A stretch of DNA of 59,171 nt from an uncultured delta proteobacterium (lineage in GTDB: Bacteria > Desulfobacterota > Binatia > UBA9968), in NCBI GenBank assembly GCA_963771465.1, contig CAVYTU010000003.1, positions 1 to 59,171 on the forward strand, written 5' to 3'. The first letter of the stretch is position 1. Every line of letters starts with the position of its first letter. Both the position numbers and the translations under genes were made by a program. The notes below the pieces were generated by a model. That model was given only the letters and a program-made list of their open reading frames with translations, was not told the origin of the DNA and searched no databases. Below are positions 45,692 to 55,058 of this stretch, piece after piece.

Positions 45692-46912
45692 CTATTTATT
45701 GAGTCCACGCACCGGTGGCAAAAACCTTCCGAACAAGCCCGCTCTCCCGCCGTCTGCTACTTCCCCCCGTGCCGCACCAACCAGCGCAAACGTATTGACA
45801 ACCGCATCGGTAAGCCCGGAATAACTCTTTGCGATATCCGATCTCGAATCGCAATCCTGCAGCGAAAACCCCTGATTTACGGCGGCGATCGCCACCGGAT
45901 AGTTATTAGGCAAGGTCCAAAAAACCTTGACACCGAGAGCTTTCTCGACCGATTCCAACGTCATCAACTTGCTCTTAACATATCGATTCAAAATCAGACG
46001 AATCTTTTTGTCGTAAATACCCATGCGCTCGAAAAGCTCCAATGCACGATGGGCGCTTTTCAAAGAAGGAACGTCCATTTCCGTTATGAAAAGTATCAAG
46101 CTCGCCTTGTCGAGCACCAGCGCGAGCATGTCGTCAAATTCCTTGGGCGTGTCAACCACGACGTAATCAAATGACTGGGCGAGCACGTCCAAGATTTCTT
46201 CGATATCAGCCGGTGTGATGCGGCGCGCGTCCTCAGCGTAGAAAGGCTCGGCCAAGATGCGAATGCCCGACGCATGCTTGACTAATGAGCCGTCTAAAAA
46301 TAGCGGATCGATTCGTTTTAAATTCTTGACGAGATCCAAAATCGTGTACGACGCATCGAGATTGAGAAAGCTGGTCACCGAGCCAAACTGCAAGACGAGA
46401 TCAACTAAACAAACCGACCGCTTCTGTGCCACCAGACAGGCCGCGATATTCGTTGCCGCGGTCGTTGATCCAACGCCGCCCTTGTTCGACGAAACGGCGA
46501 TAATATGGCCGCGCTCCACCGCCTTGGTCGTATGAACATCGACCTTCTTGCGAATGGCGTCGAAGGATTTCAGAACCTCATTCCAATTAAAGGGTTGAGC
46601 AAGAAACTCTTCAGCTCCAGAACGCATCGAGCGCAAAATCGTGTCTGGCGCGGCGGTCGGCGAAGTCATAACCAATCTTGCATTGGGAAACTTAAGCTTG
46701 ATGTCTTCGGCGACTGCGAAAGACCGCTCCGGGTCGCGGTTGATATCTACCACCGCGACTATTGGACCACTACGCGTCTTAAGCGCGTCAACAACCTCGC
46801 CGTAACCATATACCCGCGAGTCAACCGACACCGAAACTTCTTTTTCGAGTTGCTGGCGCAAGGAAGCTAGCGCTAGGCTATCTTCGCCTATCAAACAAAT
46901 TGGTAACTTCAT
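45692..46912 (-). CDS. cpaE: TadZ/CpaE (atypical receiver plus MinD-like ATPase)
   Basis: MRSGAEEFL, KGGVGST, DLVLQFG, FDYVVVDTP. Confidence 0.92.
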   Translation of the reverse strand: MKLPICLIGEDSLALASLRQQLEKEVSVSVDSRVYGYGEVVDALKTRSGPIVAVVDINRDPERSFAVAEDIKLKFPNARLVMTSPTAAPDTILRSMRSGAEEFLAQPFNWNEVLKSFDAIRKKVDVHTTKAVERGHIIAVSSNKGGVGSTTAATNIAACLVAQKRSVCLVDLVLQFGSVTSFLNLDASYTILDLVKNLKRIDPLFLDGSLVKHASGIRILAEPFYAEDARRITPADIEEILDVLAQSFDYVVVDTPKEFDDMLALVLDKASLILFITEMDVPSLKSAHRALELFERMGIYDKKIRLILNRYVKSKLMTLESVEKALGVKVFWTLPNNYPVAIAAVNQGFSLQDCDSRSDIAKSYSGLTDAVVNTFALVGAARGEVADGGRAGLFGRFLPPVRGLNK

Positions 46913-46985
46913 CCCAATGATTCGCTATGCCATATCACCGACGTCAATCTCACCGCAATAGTTCTAGAATCACTCAACATGAATA

Positions 46986-48509
46986 TCAGGGGATTGTCGC
47001 TCCCGGCATCATGGATTTCTTACCATCGCCCGTGCCCGGTAGGGGAACTTGCCGCATGTCAGAGTCATCAAATTTATCCATCGATGGAAGCTGCGGCCGT
47101 TCGCCTGGTTTCATGGTGCGAACTACCCGCGGCGTAATCACGAAAACCAACTCTGAATCCTTGTTCTGGAAACTGGTGCTCCTAAAAAGGGCACCCAAAA
47201 TCGGAATATCACCCAAAAAGGGGAATTTCGCGAGATCTTTAACCACTCGTTGATCCAACAGACCACCGATGATAAGGCTCTCACCCTCCTTTAGTTCCAC
47301 TCGGCTCACGGTACGGCGAGTGATAAAGCTTGGGAAGCCTCCTACTAAGGGACCCAAATCGCTAACCTCTGGAAATACCCGAAGATCGATTCTATCCGAC
47401 TGCGTAAGCGTTGGAATAAAATCAAGCCGGACACCGAACGGCTTATAGAGCACTGTACTGGTGAATGCGGCGTTGGTGACGACCGGGACTTCCCCACCAG
47501 ACAAGAATCCGCCGCTCCTACCATTTTTTACCACGAGTCTAGGCTGAGCTAAGATCTGCGCGATGTCCTTATTCTGTAACATGCGATACAGGGTAGCAAA
47601 GGAGTATGCGCCGCTGACATACGAGAAGGCTCCCGTTGCGGGAGGGAATGTACCAATGCTCTCGACCACGCTCCCAATGATTGACTGTGTTCCAAGTGAG
47701 CCAAAAGCCGAGCTTCCAATGGCTGTCAAGCTTTTTACGTTAGGAAAACTTTGAGCAAAATTAAAGCCGATATCTCGGGCCTTGGTCATCGACACATCTG
47801 CAACTACGACATCCAGCTCAATTTGCCGGAATTCTTTAATAACCAGCATGTCGATAACACCGTCAATCGTCTTCTTGTCATTCCAACGATAAGAATCGGT
47901 AAGCGATTGTTCCTCGTTGAACGATAAGGTGCCACCACCGGCAAACCCGGTGCCCGAGCTGGAAATCTGCGCCAGCGGACTAGAACCGAAAGTGACGTTC
48001 TGGCTCGACGATGGGCTAACCTGTGCCGGCGGCTTTGGCGGGAGGTAGCTTATGACAATTTCCAATACTCGATCGTAGACAACCTCATTGGAAACTTCAC
48101 CTCTAAGGACGAGCGATGGACCAGACGTCGAGATCTCGACTTTCTCATTTGGGAAAATGGTTCGTAATTGTCCACGCAAGGCGGAAATATCCGGTCCGAC
48201 GACCAAATCGTAGTTAGTCACATCCCCTTTTTCATCGAAAATTATCAGCGAAGTCGTGCCAATGGCTTTGCCGTTGATTAACAATTGGCTTGGTGCAACG
48301 ACTAAAACATCGGCAACAGCAGGCTGCGAGACCGATACCCGCTTTGCTCTTTCAGCCAGCCGGAATACCATCGATTTATTAATTGTAACCGATATCGTTG
48401 GCGTGACCTGCTGCTGAGCCGCGCTCCCATGCGTTGCCACTGACAGTGTAAAGACCAGCGCCAAAGCTAACTTATTTAGCCGCCGCCTGACTAAACAACG
48501 GTTGATCAT
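46986..48509 (-). CDS. cpaC: Tad secretin RcpA/CpaC
   Basis: RVSVSQP.VADV, GK.IGTTSLI, FLSGGEVP, YKPFGVRL, PFLGDIPILGALFRS, ELVFVITP; RBS before ATG 48509. Confidence 0.93.
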   Translation of the reverse strand: MINRCLVRRRLNKLALALVFTLSVATHGSAAQQQVTPTISVTINKSMVFRLAERAKRVSVSQPAVADVLVVAPSQLLINGKAIGTTSLIIFDEKGDVTNYDLVVGPDISALRGQLRTIFPNEKVEISTSGPSLVLRGEVSNEVVYDRVLEIVISYLPPKPPAQVSPSSSQNVTFGSSPLAQISSSGTGFAGGGTLSFNEEQSLTDSYRWNDKKTIDGVIDMLVIKEFRQIELDVVVADVSMTKARDIGFNFAQSFPNVKSLTAIGSSAFGSLGTQSIIGSVVESIGTFPPATGAFSYVSGAYSFATLYRMLQNKDIAQILAQPRLVVKNGRSGGFLSGGEVPVVTNAAFTSTVLYKPFGVRLDFIPTLTQSDRIDLRVFPEVSDLGPLVGGFPSFITRRTVSRVELKEGESLIIGGLLDQRVVKDLAKFPFLGDIPILGALFRSTSFQNKDSELVFVITPRVVRTMKPGERPQLPSMDKFDDSDMRQVPLPGTGDGKKSMMPGATIP

Positions 48510-48528
48510 GAACCCTCCCCTTCCAAAA

Positions 48529-49359
48529 TTAGAATTCCACCACATTTCGATTGCTACCATGAATTACTTCCACCCGATACTTATCCGGCGGCGGTTGCGT
48601 CACCGGGCCACCTCCTGGTTTGCGCGTCGTAGATGCCGCCAACGCCAAGAGATCTCGTTTGTTGCTACCGATCGTTTTAGTTTCAGCCTCATCACCGAGA
48701 CCACGCAGCGCCATTGCGATCTGACCCTCTGAAGCAGCCAGAGTTAGCTTTTCTACTTCCTCTGGAGTCAACTCCAGTGTAATCGAACGCGCCAGTTGCG
48801 GTTTGCCATCTTTCTGCTCCGTGCTTTGAGCAACTGAAAGGACTCGCTTGTTCTGTAACACTATTTTTGAAATTTTTGATTCTTGATTTGCACCCAAAGG
48901 CGAGGTGGTCAGGATGATGTCAACGCGGTCATCTGGAACAATAAAACCACTGACACCGATAAGTTCATTAACCCCCACCGCAAGGGCGCGTTTTCCGGCT
49001 TCCAGTCGAACGGTTAGCCCGGCACCCTCGCCGGCCAACCGTGACTCCAAAATTGGCTCATTCGCTAAAATCTTTACGCGGTTCACTTTGCCAACAACCT
49101 GCTCGGGCGATGAGAATGCACCCGTTGGCACCGAAGTTTTCGGCCAAGGGGTGGTTTTAATCAATCCCTTCTTTATCACCTCGTCATTAATGGTCGTGCC
49201 AGGAGGAATATCTTGCGCCGCCACGACAATATTTTGGGTCGACGCTTTCAAACTATCCGACTCTTTTTGTCGATCGCTGAGAAAATTGTATATTCCATAC
49301 GCAGCAATAAGCCCAAAAAACACCGCAATCACCAGGGCAATCTTCAACCTATTTTGCAT
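48529..49359 (-). CDS. cpaB: Flp pilus assembly protein CpaB/RcpC
   Basis: SAF domain VVAAQDIPPG; GVSGFIVPDDRVD; VLQNKRVL; TLELTP. Confidence 0.93.
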   Translation of the reverse strand: MQNRLKIALVIAVFFGLIAAYGIYNFLSDRQKESDSLKASTQNIVVAAQDIPPGTTINDEVIKKGLIKTTPWPKTSVPTGAFSSPEQVVGKVNRVKILANEPILESRLAGEGAGLTVRLEAGKRALAVGVNELIGVSGFIVPDDRVDIILTTSPLGANQESKISKIVLQNKRVLSVAQSTEQKDGKPQLARSITLELTPEEVEKLTLAASEGQIAMALRGLGDEAETKTIGSNKRDLLALAASTTRKPGGGPVTQPPPDKYRVEVIHGSNRNVVEF

Positions 49360-49442
49360 ACCCGCTCCTCATCTAACGTGGTTAATTGGTTAAAACCGAC
49401 CATTCGCGCCCGAAAACTCAGTTCCCATTCGAATTACCTTGT

Positions 49443-49982
49443 CTAGAAACCAGCCCATTCCCCGGAGCGATCAAAATAATATGCGATAATCGTTCCAGCA
49501 GCGAACGCCACACCCCAGGGAACGGAATCGCTCCTATTGACAGTTCGCTGTTGTACTGGCTTCGGCAACACGCTTCCCAAACTGACGACCGCCAACTTTA
49601 GATCTAGCCACATCTCCCTCACGCGAGAGAAACGAACTGTGCCGACAATCGCATAACCAAACGCAATCACACCCGCAACAAGCGCTGAATAGAAAAACAC
49701 CCGGGGCAGCCAATTGACCCCCAGCAGTCCACCCACCACTCCGAAATATTTTACATCACCTGCGCCAATCCAGCCACAAGCGAAAGGCACCAAAAGCACG
49801 CTGACACCAACGACGATCCCGAGAATACTTTGGAGCAAATCGCTACCACCACCTATCGCATTCAACAGCAAACCGGAAAATAATCCAATCAAAATCAGCC
49901 AATTGGGAATCTTTCGGATCCTATAGTCAAGGAAGGCCGATAAACCACTCACCAACAAGACCGCTACGTCAATAAGCGCCAA
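49443..49982 (-). CDS. cpaA: Prepilin peptidase TadV/CpaA (A24)
   Basis: D..IRKIPNWL, IGAGDVKY, VPWGVAFAAG. Confidence 0.92.
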   Translation of the reverse strand: MALIDVAVLLVSGLSAFLDYRIRKIPNWLILIGLFSGLLLNAIGGGSDLLQSILGIVVGVSVLLVPFACGWIGAGDVKYFGVVGGLLGVNWLPRVFFYSALVAGVIAFGYAIVGTVRFSRVREMWLDLKLAVVSLGSVLPKPVQQRTVNRSDSVPWGVAFAAGTIIAYYFDRSGEWAGF

Positions 49983-50074
49983 AGGTTTAAAACACCATTA
50001 TTGAATTTTCTCAAGCTACACTTCATCCGAAAAGTTGTCAACAAAATTTCCGCGGAGACCCACCTGAACAATAA

Positions 50075-50112
50075 CGTGGCTCGGCGGTGAGAAAACCCAC
50101 AACCGAGCCACG
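50075..50112 (-). other. Stem-loop downstream of flp (mRNA stabiliser or attenuator)
   Basis: CGTGGCTCGG...CCGAGCCACG 10-bp perfect stem between flp and cpaA. Confidence 0.6.
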
Positions 50113-50138
50113 CAGTTGATGTCACTCACAACAGTGAC

Positions 50139-50333
50139 TTACGAACTAGCATCACACGCCGACGGAGTACCAACGCAAGCAGTAACCTTGCTCCAACCAC
50201 TGGCCAATTGACTACCAATATTCGTGCTCTTGATCGCCACCCAGAAAACTAAGGCCACTAGAACAACGATGAGAGTATACTCAACCAAGCCTTGCCCGTC
50301 CTCTTCGACTAACAAACGTTTCATGAGCTCCAT
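50139..50333 (-). CDS. flp: Flp family type IVc pilin
   Basis: EEDG^QGLVEYTLIVVLVAL Flp motif; ATG 50333 after GGGGTG. Confidence 0.93.
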   Translation of the reverse strand: MELMKRLLVEEDGQGLVEYTLIVVLVALVFWVAIKSTNIGSQLASGWSKVTACVGTPSACDASS

Positions 50334-50404
50334 ATTTAATTCACCCCCTTTCCAAATTTTATCGTTTTTTGCCATTTTGTTTTTTGTTCCACGCCGTGGG
50401 ACAA

Positions 50405-50420
50405 AGCAGATTGCATGCCA
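50405..50420 (-). promoter_or_regulatory. Sigma-54 promoter of flp-tad
   Basis: Minus strand TGGCAT-GCAAT-CTGCT with GG-N10-GC spacing, ~70 bp upstream of flp. Confidence 0.7.
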
Positions 50421-50827
50421 AGTCCTGCACGGCTAGAAATTCAGTAAGTTGCCTGTCTTGACCCCTCGAAGACACCGGGGATCTTGACAAATATGACAGT
50501 CGGTCAGTTTTGAGTGTCACAAATTGCACGATAATTCGGCAGCCGGTGTGGAAACCCGAACGGCGGGAGCAGAGTGAGGAATCTTGAAAGAAGAATCGTC
50601 AACTTCCCGAATAATATCGTCATTGTGGTTAAATTCAGCAAAATAGCCGTTGACTTGTAAAGCTGAGTTAAATTATTTTAGGACTTCCTAGCCCTGGGTA
50701 TACATATTGCGTCTACGCCGTGCGTTGAAATTACCATTCAGCACGATTCATAACGCAATATCATTGGATCTTCATATTAGGGTACGGTAACCACCCGGAC
50801 CATATTGAATTAAAGGAAGTTTAAAAA

Positions 50828-51784
50828 ATGAATAGTGAGACAAGCGCGCCCCCGCCATTAACCGTACTCGTCATCGAAGATCATCCTGATCAGCGCGACC
50901 TGCTAGCTATCGTACTGCAGCGGGAAGGCTATAAAGTAGTCACCGCTGCCAATGGGGTCGAAGCGCTTGAAAAACTCGAATCAGAAAATATTCAGATTGC
51001 TCTTTCAGATATCATGATGCCGAAGATGGATGGGTTTGAGCTCATCAAACGAATTCGCAGCAATCCCGCGCTCAAGAGCATCTATCTCATTTTAATTACC
51101 GCACGTATCCAAGAAGGTGATCGGGTTCGAGGTCTTGATCTTGGCGCGGACGACTATATAACTAAGCCCTTTTCGTTCTCTGAGCTGCTGGCGCGTGTGC
51201 GGGTCGGCTCTAGAGTCGTGCAGTACCAACAACATCTGGAATATCAAACCCAGGTGGACTCGCTCACCGGGCTTTATAATCGCCGCGCATTCGAGAAGAA
51301 AGTCCACGAAGAATTCGAACGCTCAAAACGTTATCACAGCCCCCTTTCACTGCTGATATTGGATATCGACAACTTCAAGACCATCAACGACACTTACGGC
51401 CATCACGGTGGTGACGCCGCGCTGGTGAAGATATCCGAAACTTTTCGCGAGAAAACCCGTCAGAGTGATTTTCCCGCTCGCTATGGCGGCGAGGAGTTCG
51501 TACTGATTTTGCCGGAGACGGACGAGGAAAATGCTATTCTAGTTGCTGGTAAGGTTCACGATGCGATTCGATCGTGCGCGTTCGGCACCTCCACACGTTC
51601 GTTTACGCTAACCGTTAGCATTGGTGTGGCCTCATCATCGGCAAGATACTATTCGGATTGGCGCGAGATGCTTAACGACGCTGATCGCGCTCTTTATGTC
51701 GCAAAGAATACCGGAAAAGACCGCGTCGAAAATTGGGATCCGGAAAAAAAAACTAGCCTGATTCAGCCATCCGCGCATCCCTGA
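50828..51784 (+). CDS. Response-regulator diguanylate cyclase (REC-GGDEF)
   Basis: IED, SDIMMPKMDG, TKPF; DSLTGLYNRR, DIDNFK.INDTYGH, I-site RQSD, RYGGEEF. Confidence 0.95.
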   Translation: MNSETSAPPPLTVLVIEDHPDQRDLLAIVLQREGYKVVTAANGVEALEKLESENIQIALSDIMMPKMDGFELIKRIRSNPALKSIYLILITARIQEGDRVRGLDLGADDYITKPFSFSELLARVRVGSRVVQYQQHLEYQTQVDSLTGLYNRRAFEKKVHEEFERSKRYHSPLSLLILDIDNFKTINDTYGHHGGDAALVKISETFREKTRQSDFPARYGGEEFVLILPETDEENAILVAGKVHDAIRSCAFGTSTRSFTLTVSIGVASSSARYYSDWREMLNDADRALYVAKNTGKDRVENWDPEKKTSLIQPSAHP

Positions 51785-51789
51785 TCGAT

Positions 51790-52995
51790 ATGGCGCTCCG
51801 CAGCGTACTTTCCACGGCCGTTGCCCTGACCACCCTCGCCGTCGGAACCCCATTTTTTGGCAACGACCAATGTTGCGGATTTAGTTCCGCCTTCAACTTA
51901 GTTCAGACGAGCGCGATCGCGGCACAAACACGCCAAGCCGGCAAACCGCCGGCGGGCGATGACACTGTATTTACTCGCATCGATTCCGCGCGAAAGGCCG
52001 CAGGCTTGAACAGCGAGCTTTTAGTCTACGGCGCCATAGTTTTCTTGGCCCTAATCATCATCGGACTGGTACTGATCAGCGCCGCCGCCAAGTCAAAAAG
52101 CAAAACCGAAGCATTGCTCGACTTCCTTAAGCAGGAAAAAGAGAAAGCCGAAAATCTTGCCAAGTTGAAGTCGGAATTTCTCAATCAAGTTTCCCACGAA
52201 CTACGCACGCCACTCGCGGTCATTATAGGTTACATCGAGTGTATGACCGATGGACTCTATGGGGAAATGGAATCCAAGCATCAGGAAATTCTTCAAGTCG
52301 TCGCCAAACAGTCAGCACATCTGAAAAACATGATCGATCAGATCCTGATCTATTCGCGATTGGAAGCCGGCAAGCAGCCGGTAAAGATCGAAGACTTACA
52401 ACTCACGAAGGTCGTAAGTGACATGAGAGACACTTTCGACTTCTTATGCCGTCAGAAAGGGTTGGAGCTACGTTGGGAACTGATGCGAGAGTCGATGATG
52501 ATTCGTAGCGATGCGATGCGCCTTAAGGAAGTCATAAGCAACCTCCTGCAAAATGCTGTAAAATACACTGACCGTGGTTCGATCACGGTACGTGTAGAAA
52601 CGTTGCCAGTAACAGATTCCATCATGGTTGAAGTAAAAGACACCGGAATGGGCATTTCTGAACAACACTTAACCAGTATCTTCGAACCCTTCATGCAGGC
52701 CCACAAAACCTCAACCACCCATTCGCGCGGTGGCATTGGGCTTGGGCTAAGCATCGTAAAAAAGCATCTTGAGCAGATTAAAGGCACAATTACTGTGGAA
52801 AGTGAGCTCAATAAGGGCTCTACATTTCGAATTGTTCTGCCCCGAAACTGCGATAAAGAAACGTCCACAACTTCGTGGCTTTGGAGGCGTTTCAAACTTC
52901 CCTTTGCACAGTCTCCCGCTCACGCGCCGATCGTTACGTCACGCGCCAACTCCTCCAGACAAAAGACCGTGGACACCGGCCACGCCATCAGTTAG
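51790..52995 (+). CDS. Membrane histidine kinase (HisKA + HATPase_c)
   Basis: SHELRTPL, NLLQNAVKYT, DTGMGI, FEPF, GIGLGLSI, GSTF. Confidence 0.93.
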   Translation: MALRSVLSTAVALTTLAVGTPFFGNDQCCGFSSAFNLVQTSAIAAQTRQAGKPPAGDDTVFTRIDSARKAAGLNSELLVYGAIVFLALIIIGLVLISAAAKSKSKTEALLDFLKQEKEKAENLAKLKSEFLNQVSHELRTPLAVIIGYIECMTDGLYGEMESKHQEILQVVAKQSAHLKNMIDQILIYSRLEAGKQPVKIEDLQLTKVVSDMRDTFDFLCRQKGLELRWELMRESMMIRSDAMRLKEVISNLLQNAVKYTDRGSITVRVETLPVTDSIMVEVKDTGMGISEQHLTSIFEPFMQAHKTSTTHSRGGIGLGLSIVKKHLEQIKGTITVESELNKGSTFRIVLPRNCDKETSTTSWLWRRFKLPFAQSPAHAPIVTSRANSSRQKTVDTGHAIS

Positions 52996-53084
52996 GGTCG
53001 CCGCAGTCGAAGTATCGTCCCAACTTTTTAGCTCCACGTGGCGGCTCGGTAAACCACAAGCTAAGAAAAGAGACCGACGATCCT

Positions 53085-54644
53085 ATGCCCTCGTCTAACA
53101 TACCTCGTTTCATTGGAGCCCTGCTCCCATCTATCAGCAACCTGGTATTTGTCGCGATTCTGTTTGCACTGGTGTTCGGCCCGGGAAACGGACTGCTCAA
53201 TGACGGGGATACGGGTTATCATATTCGCGCTGGGGAAATCATTCTGCAAACCTGGCGCGTACCAAGCCAAGATATATTTTCGCACCACCAACCGGCCCTC
53301 CAATGGACGGCCCACGAATGGTTGTCCGAAGTTGTTATGGCACTTGTATACAAGCTTTCCGGTCTCACCGGAGTGGTACTTTTTTTCGCCTTTTTGCTTT
53401 CACTCACTCACTGGCTGCTCTTTGGGTCGCTTCGCTCAAGGTCGAACAATGTCATTTTAGTTACTCTCATCACACTTCTGGCGACCGCGACTTCATCGAG
53501 CCACTGGCTAGCACGACCCCACGTTTTCTCGTTCCTATTTACTTTGAGCTGGTGCCATCTTCTGGATCGCTTCCAATACCGCAACCAGCGTACGCTGATT
53601 TTTTTGCCCCTGATCATGGTGCCCTGGGTCAATCTCCATGGCGGCTACTTTATCGGTCTCGTGCTAATCGTCGTCTACCTCCTGGGTAACCTCTTACATT
53701 CCCTTGGCACCAATCGAACGCAAGCGCTAGAGCATTGGCATAAAGCCAAACACTTGTTCGGCCTCTTGGTCGTTACGATCTTGGCTTGTCTGATCAATCC
53801 GCTTGGCTATGAGATTCTGCTGTTTCCTGGTCGCCTCACGTCCGATCGGTTTATCATGGATCATGTCACCGAATTCTTGTCGCCAAACTTTCACGACGTA
53901 CTGCCGTTTAAGTACATGCTACTAGCAACCATCGCCGGTTTAGCCCTAGCGCGCCATCGCCTAAACTTGATCGAGGTCGGTTTAATTGTCTTGCTGTCCT
54001 ATATGGCGCTGTATTCAGCGCGATATGTGTCCCTATACGCGATCATCGTCGCGCCGTTGTTGTTGAAGACCACCGAAAGCATTTTAACAGACCTGCCTTC
54101 GGTAGTGTTGAAGTTCATTCAAAAGCGCAATCAGCTTTTAGTGAACATCGACACCAACCTCAGGAGTCCACTATGGCCGATCGCCGGCATTCTACTCGTT
54201 GTTAGCCTAGCGCTGCTGAATAGCCTTCAGTTCAATTTCAGTGAGAAATCATTCCCACTGGCGGCGGTCAAGTTTCTCCAGCGAGAAAATGTCGCCGGGA
54301 ATATGTTCAACAACGATGAATTTGGTGACTACATTATCTTTGCCGCCTGGCCGCAGTACCGTGTATTCATGGACGGTCGATCCGACATGTATGGCGAAAA
54401 ACTCGGAAGTGCTTACTTGAAAGTCGCCAACGCACAACCGGGCTGGAAAGACGTCCTGAAGCACTACAATATCGACTGGGTCATCTTCGACACGAATTCA
54501 GCTCTGACTGCGGCCCTTCGCGAGCAAACCGACTGGCAACCGATTTATACTGACAAACTCGCAACCATATTTGTCAGAAAAGGCTCGGCAAACGATCGCT
54601 TACTGGCACACATCCCAGAGCCATTGTTTGGCGGCATGAATTGA
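53085..54644 (+). CDS. Multi-TM GT-C-like membrane protein
   Basis: DGDTGYHI.AG after TM1, WTAHEWLSE, ARPH, WVNLHGG, INP.G, FMDGRSDMYG. Confidence 0.65.
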   Translation: MPSSNIPRFIGALLPSISNLVFVAILFALVFGPGNGLLNDGDTGYHIRAGEIILQTWRVPSQDIFSHHQPALQWTAHEWLSEVVMALVYKLSGLTGVVLFFAFLLSLTHWLLFGSLRSRSNNVILVTLITLLATATSSSHWLARPHVFSFLFTLSWCHLLDRFQYRNQRTLIFLPLIMVPWVNLHGGYFIGLVLIVVYLLGNLLHSLGTNRTQALEHWHKAKHLFGLLVVTILACLINPLGYEILLFPGRLTSDRFIMDHVTEFLSPNFHDVLPFKYMLLATIAGLALARHRLNLIEVGLIVLLSYMALYSARYVSLYAIIVAPLLLKTTESILTDLPSVVLKFIQKRNQLLVNIDTNLRSPLWPIAGILLVVSLALLNSLQFNFSEKSFPLAAVKFLQRENVAGNMFNNDEFGDYIIFAAWPQYRVFMDGRSDMYGEKLGSAYLKVANAQPGWKDVLKHYNIDWVIFDTNSALTAALREQTDWQPIYTDKLATIFVRKGSANDRLLAHIPEPLFGGMN

Positions 54645-54934
54645 AAAACAAATCTTAGCAACATCCATGCGCCCCAAGTGACCGATGACACCATTCCAAG
54701 TCACTTCCTGTCGAGTCGGCGCAGTTTTCACTCGATTGTAAGTCAACAACGGTCACCAGCGAACGGCACGCTTTATGGGAACGTCCATAGGTGCAGATTC
54801 TCCAACGGCATTGACAAAATTGTCTTGACGTAAGCCGCCGCCGTCAACCGGCAGTGATAATAGTTGGCGCATCTTCGGCAGTCCTTATCACTCTCTTTTC
54901 CTTTCTGGACCATTTTCGCCGGCAAACACGTCCA

Positions 54935-54950
54935 TGGCACACCCATTGCT
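54935..54950 (+). promoter_or_regulatory. Sigma-54 promoter of the EAL gene
   Basis: TGGCAC-ACCCA-TTGCT, a full match to the -24/-12 consensus. Confidence 0.78.
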
Positions 54951-55058
54951 CATTTCGACTACGGCTCGTCAGGCTCAGATTATTTGCCCCTCCCATTGAA
55001 CGTGTCGAAGGGCGGAAGTCGCTGCACTAAGCGTTGGATAGCTAGTGAACGATTCAAG

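Noticed and set aside
50420-50827. c-di-GMP riboswitch upstream of flp or the cyclase
   Set aside because: I could not find the GEMM two-hairpin tetraloop/receptor pattern by eye; an Rfam scan would be decisive
52875-53084. N-terminal extension of the GT-C-like ORF (and likewise 54864-55058 of the EAL ORF)
   Set aside because: The first overlaps the kinase gene and the second contains the sigma-54 promoter; the downstream ATGs at 53085 and 55059 fit better
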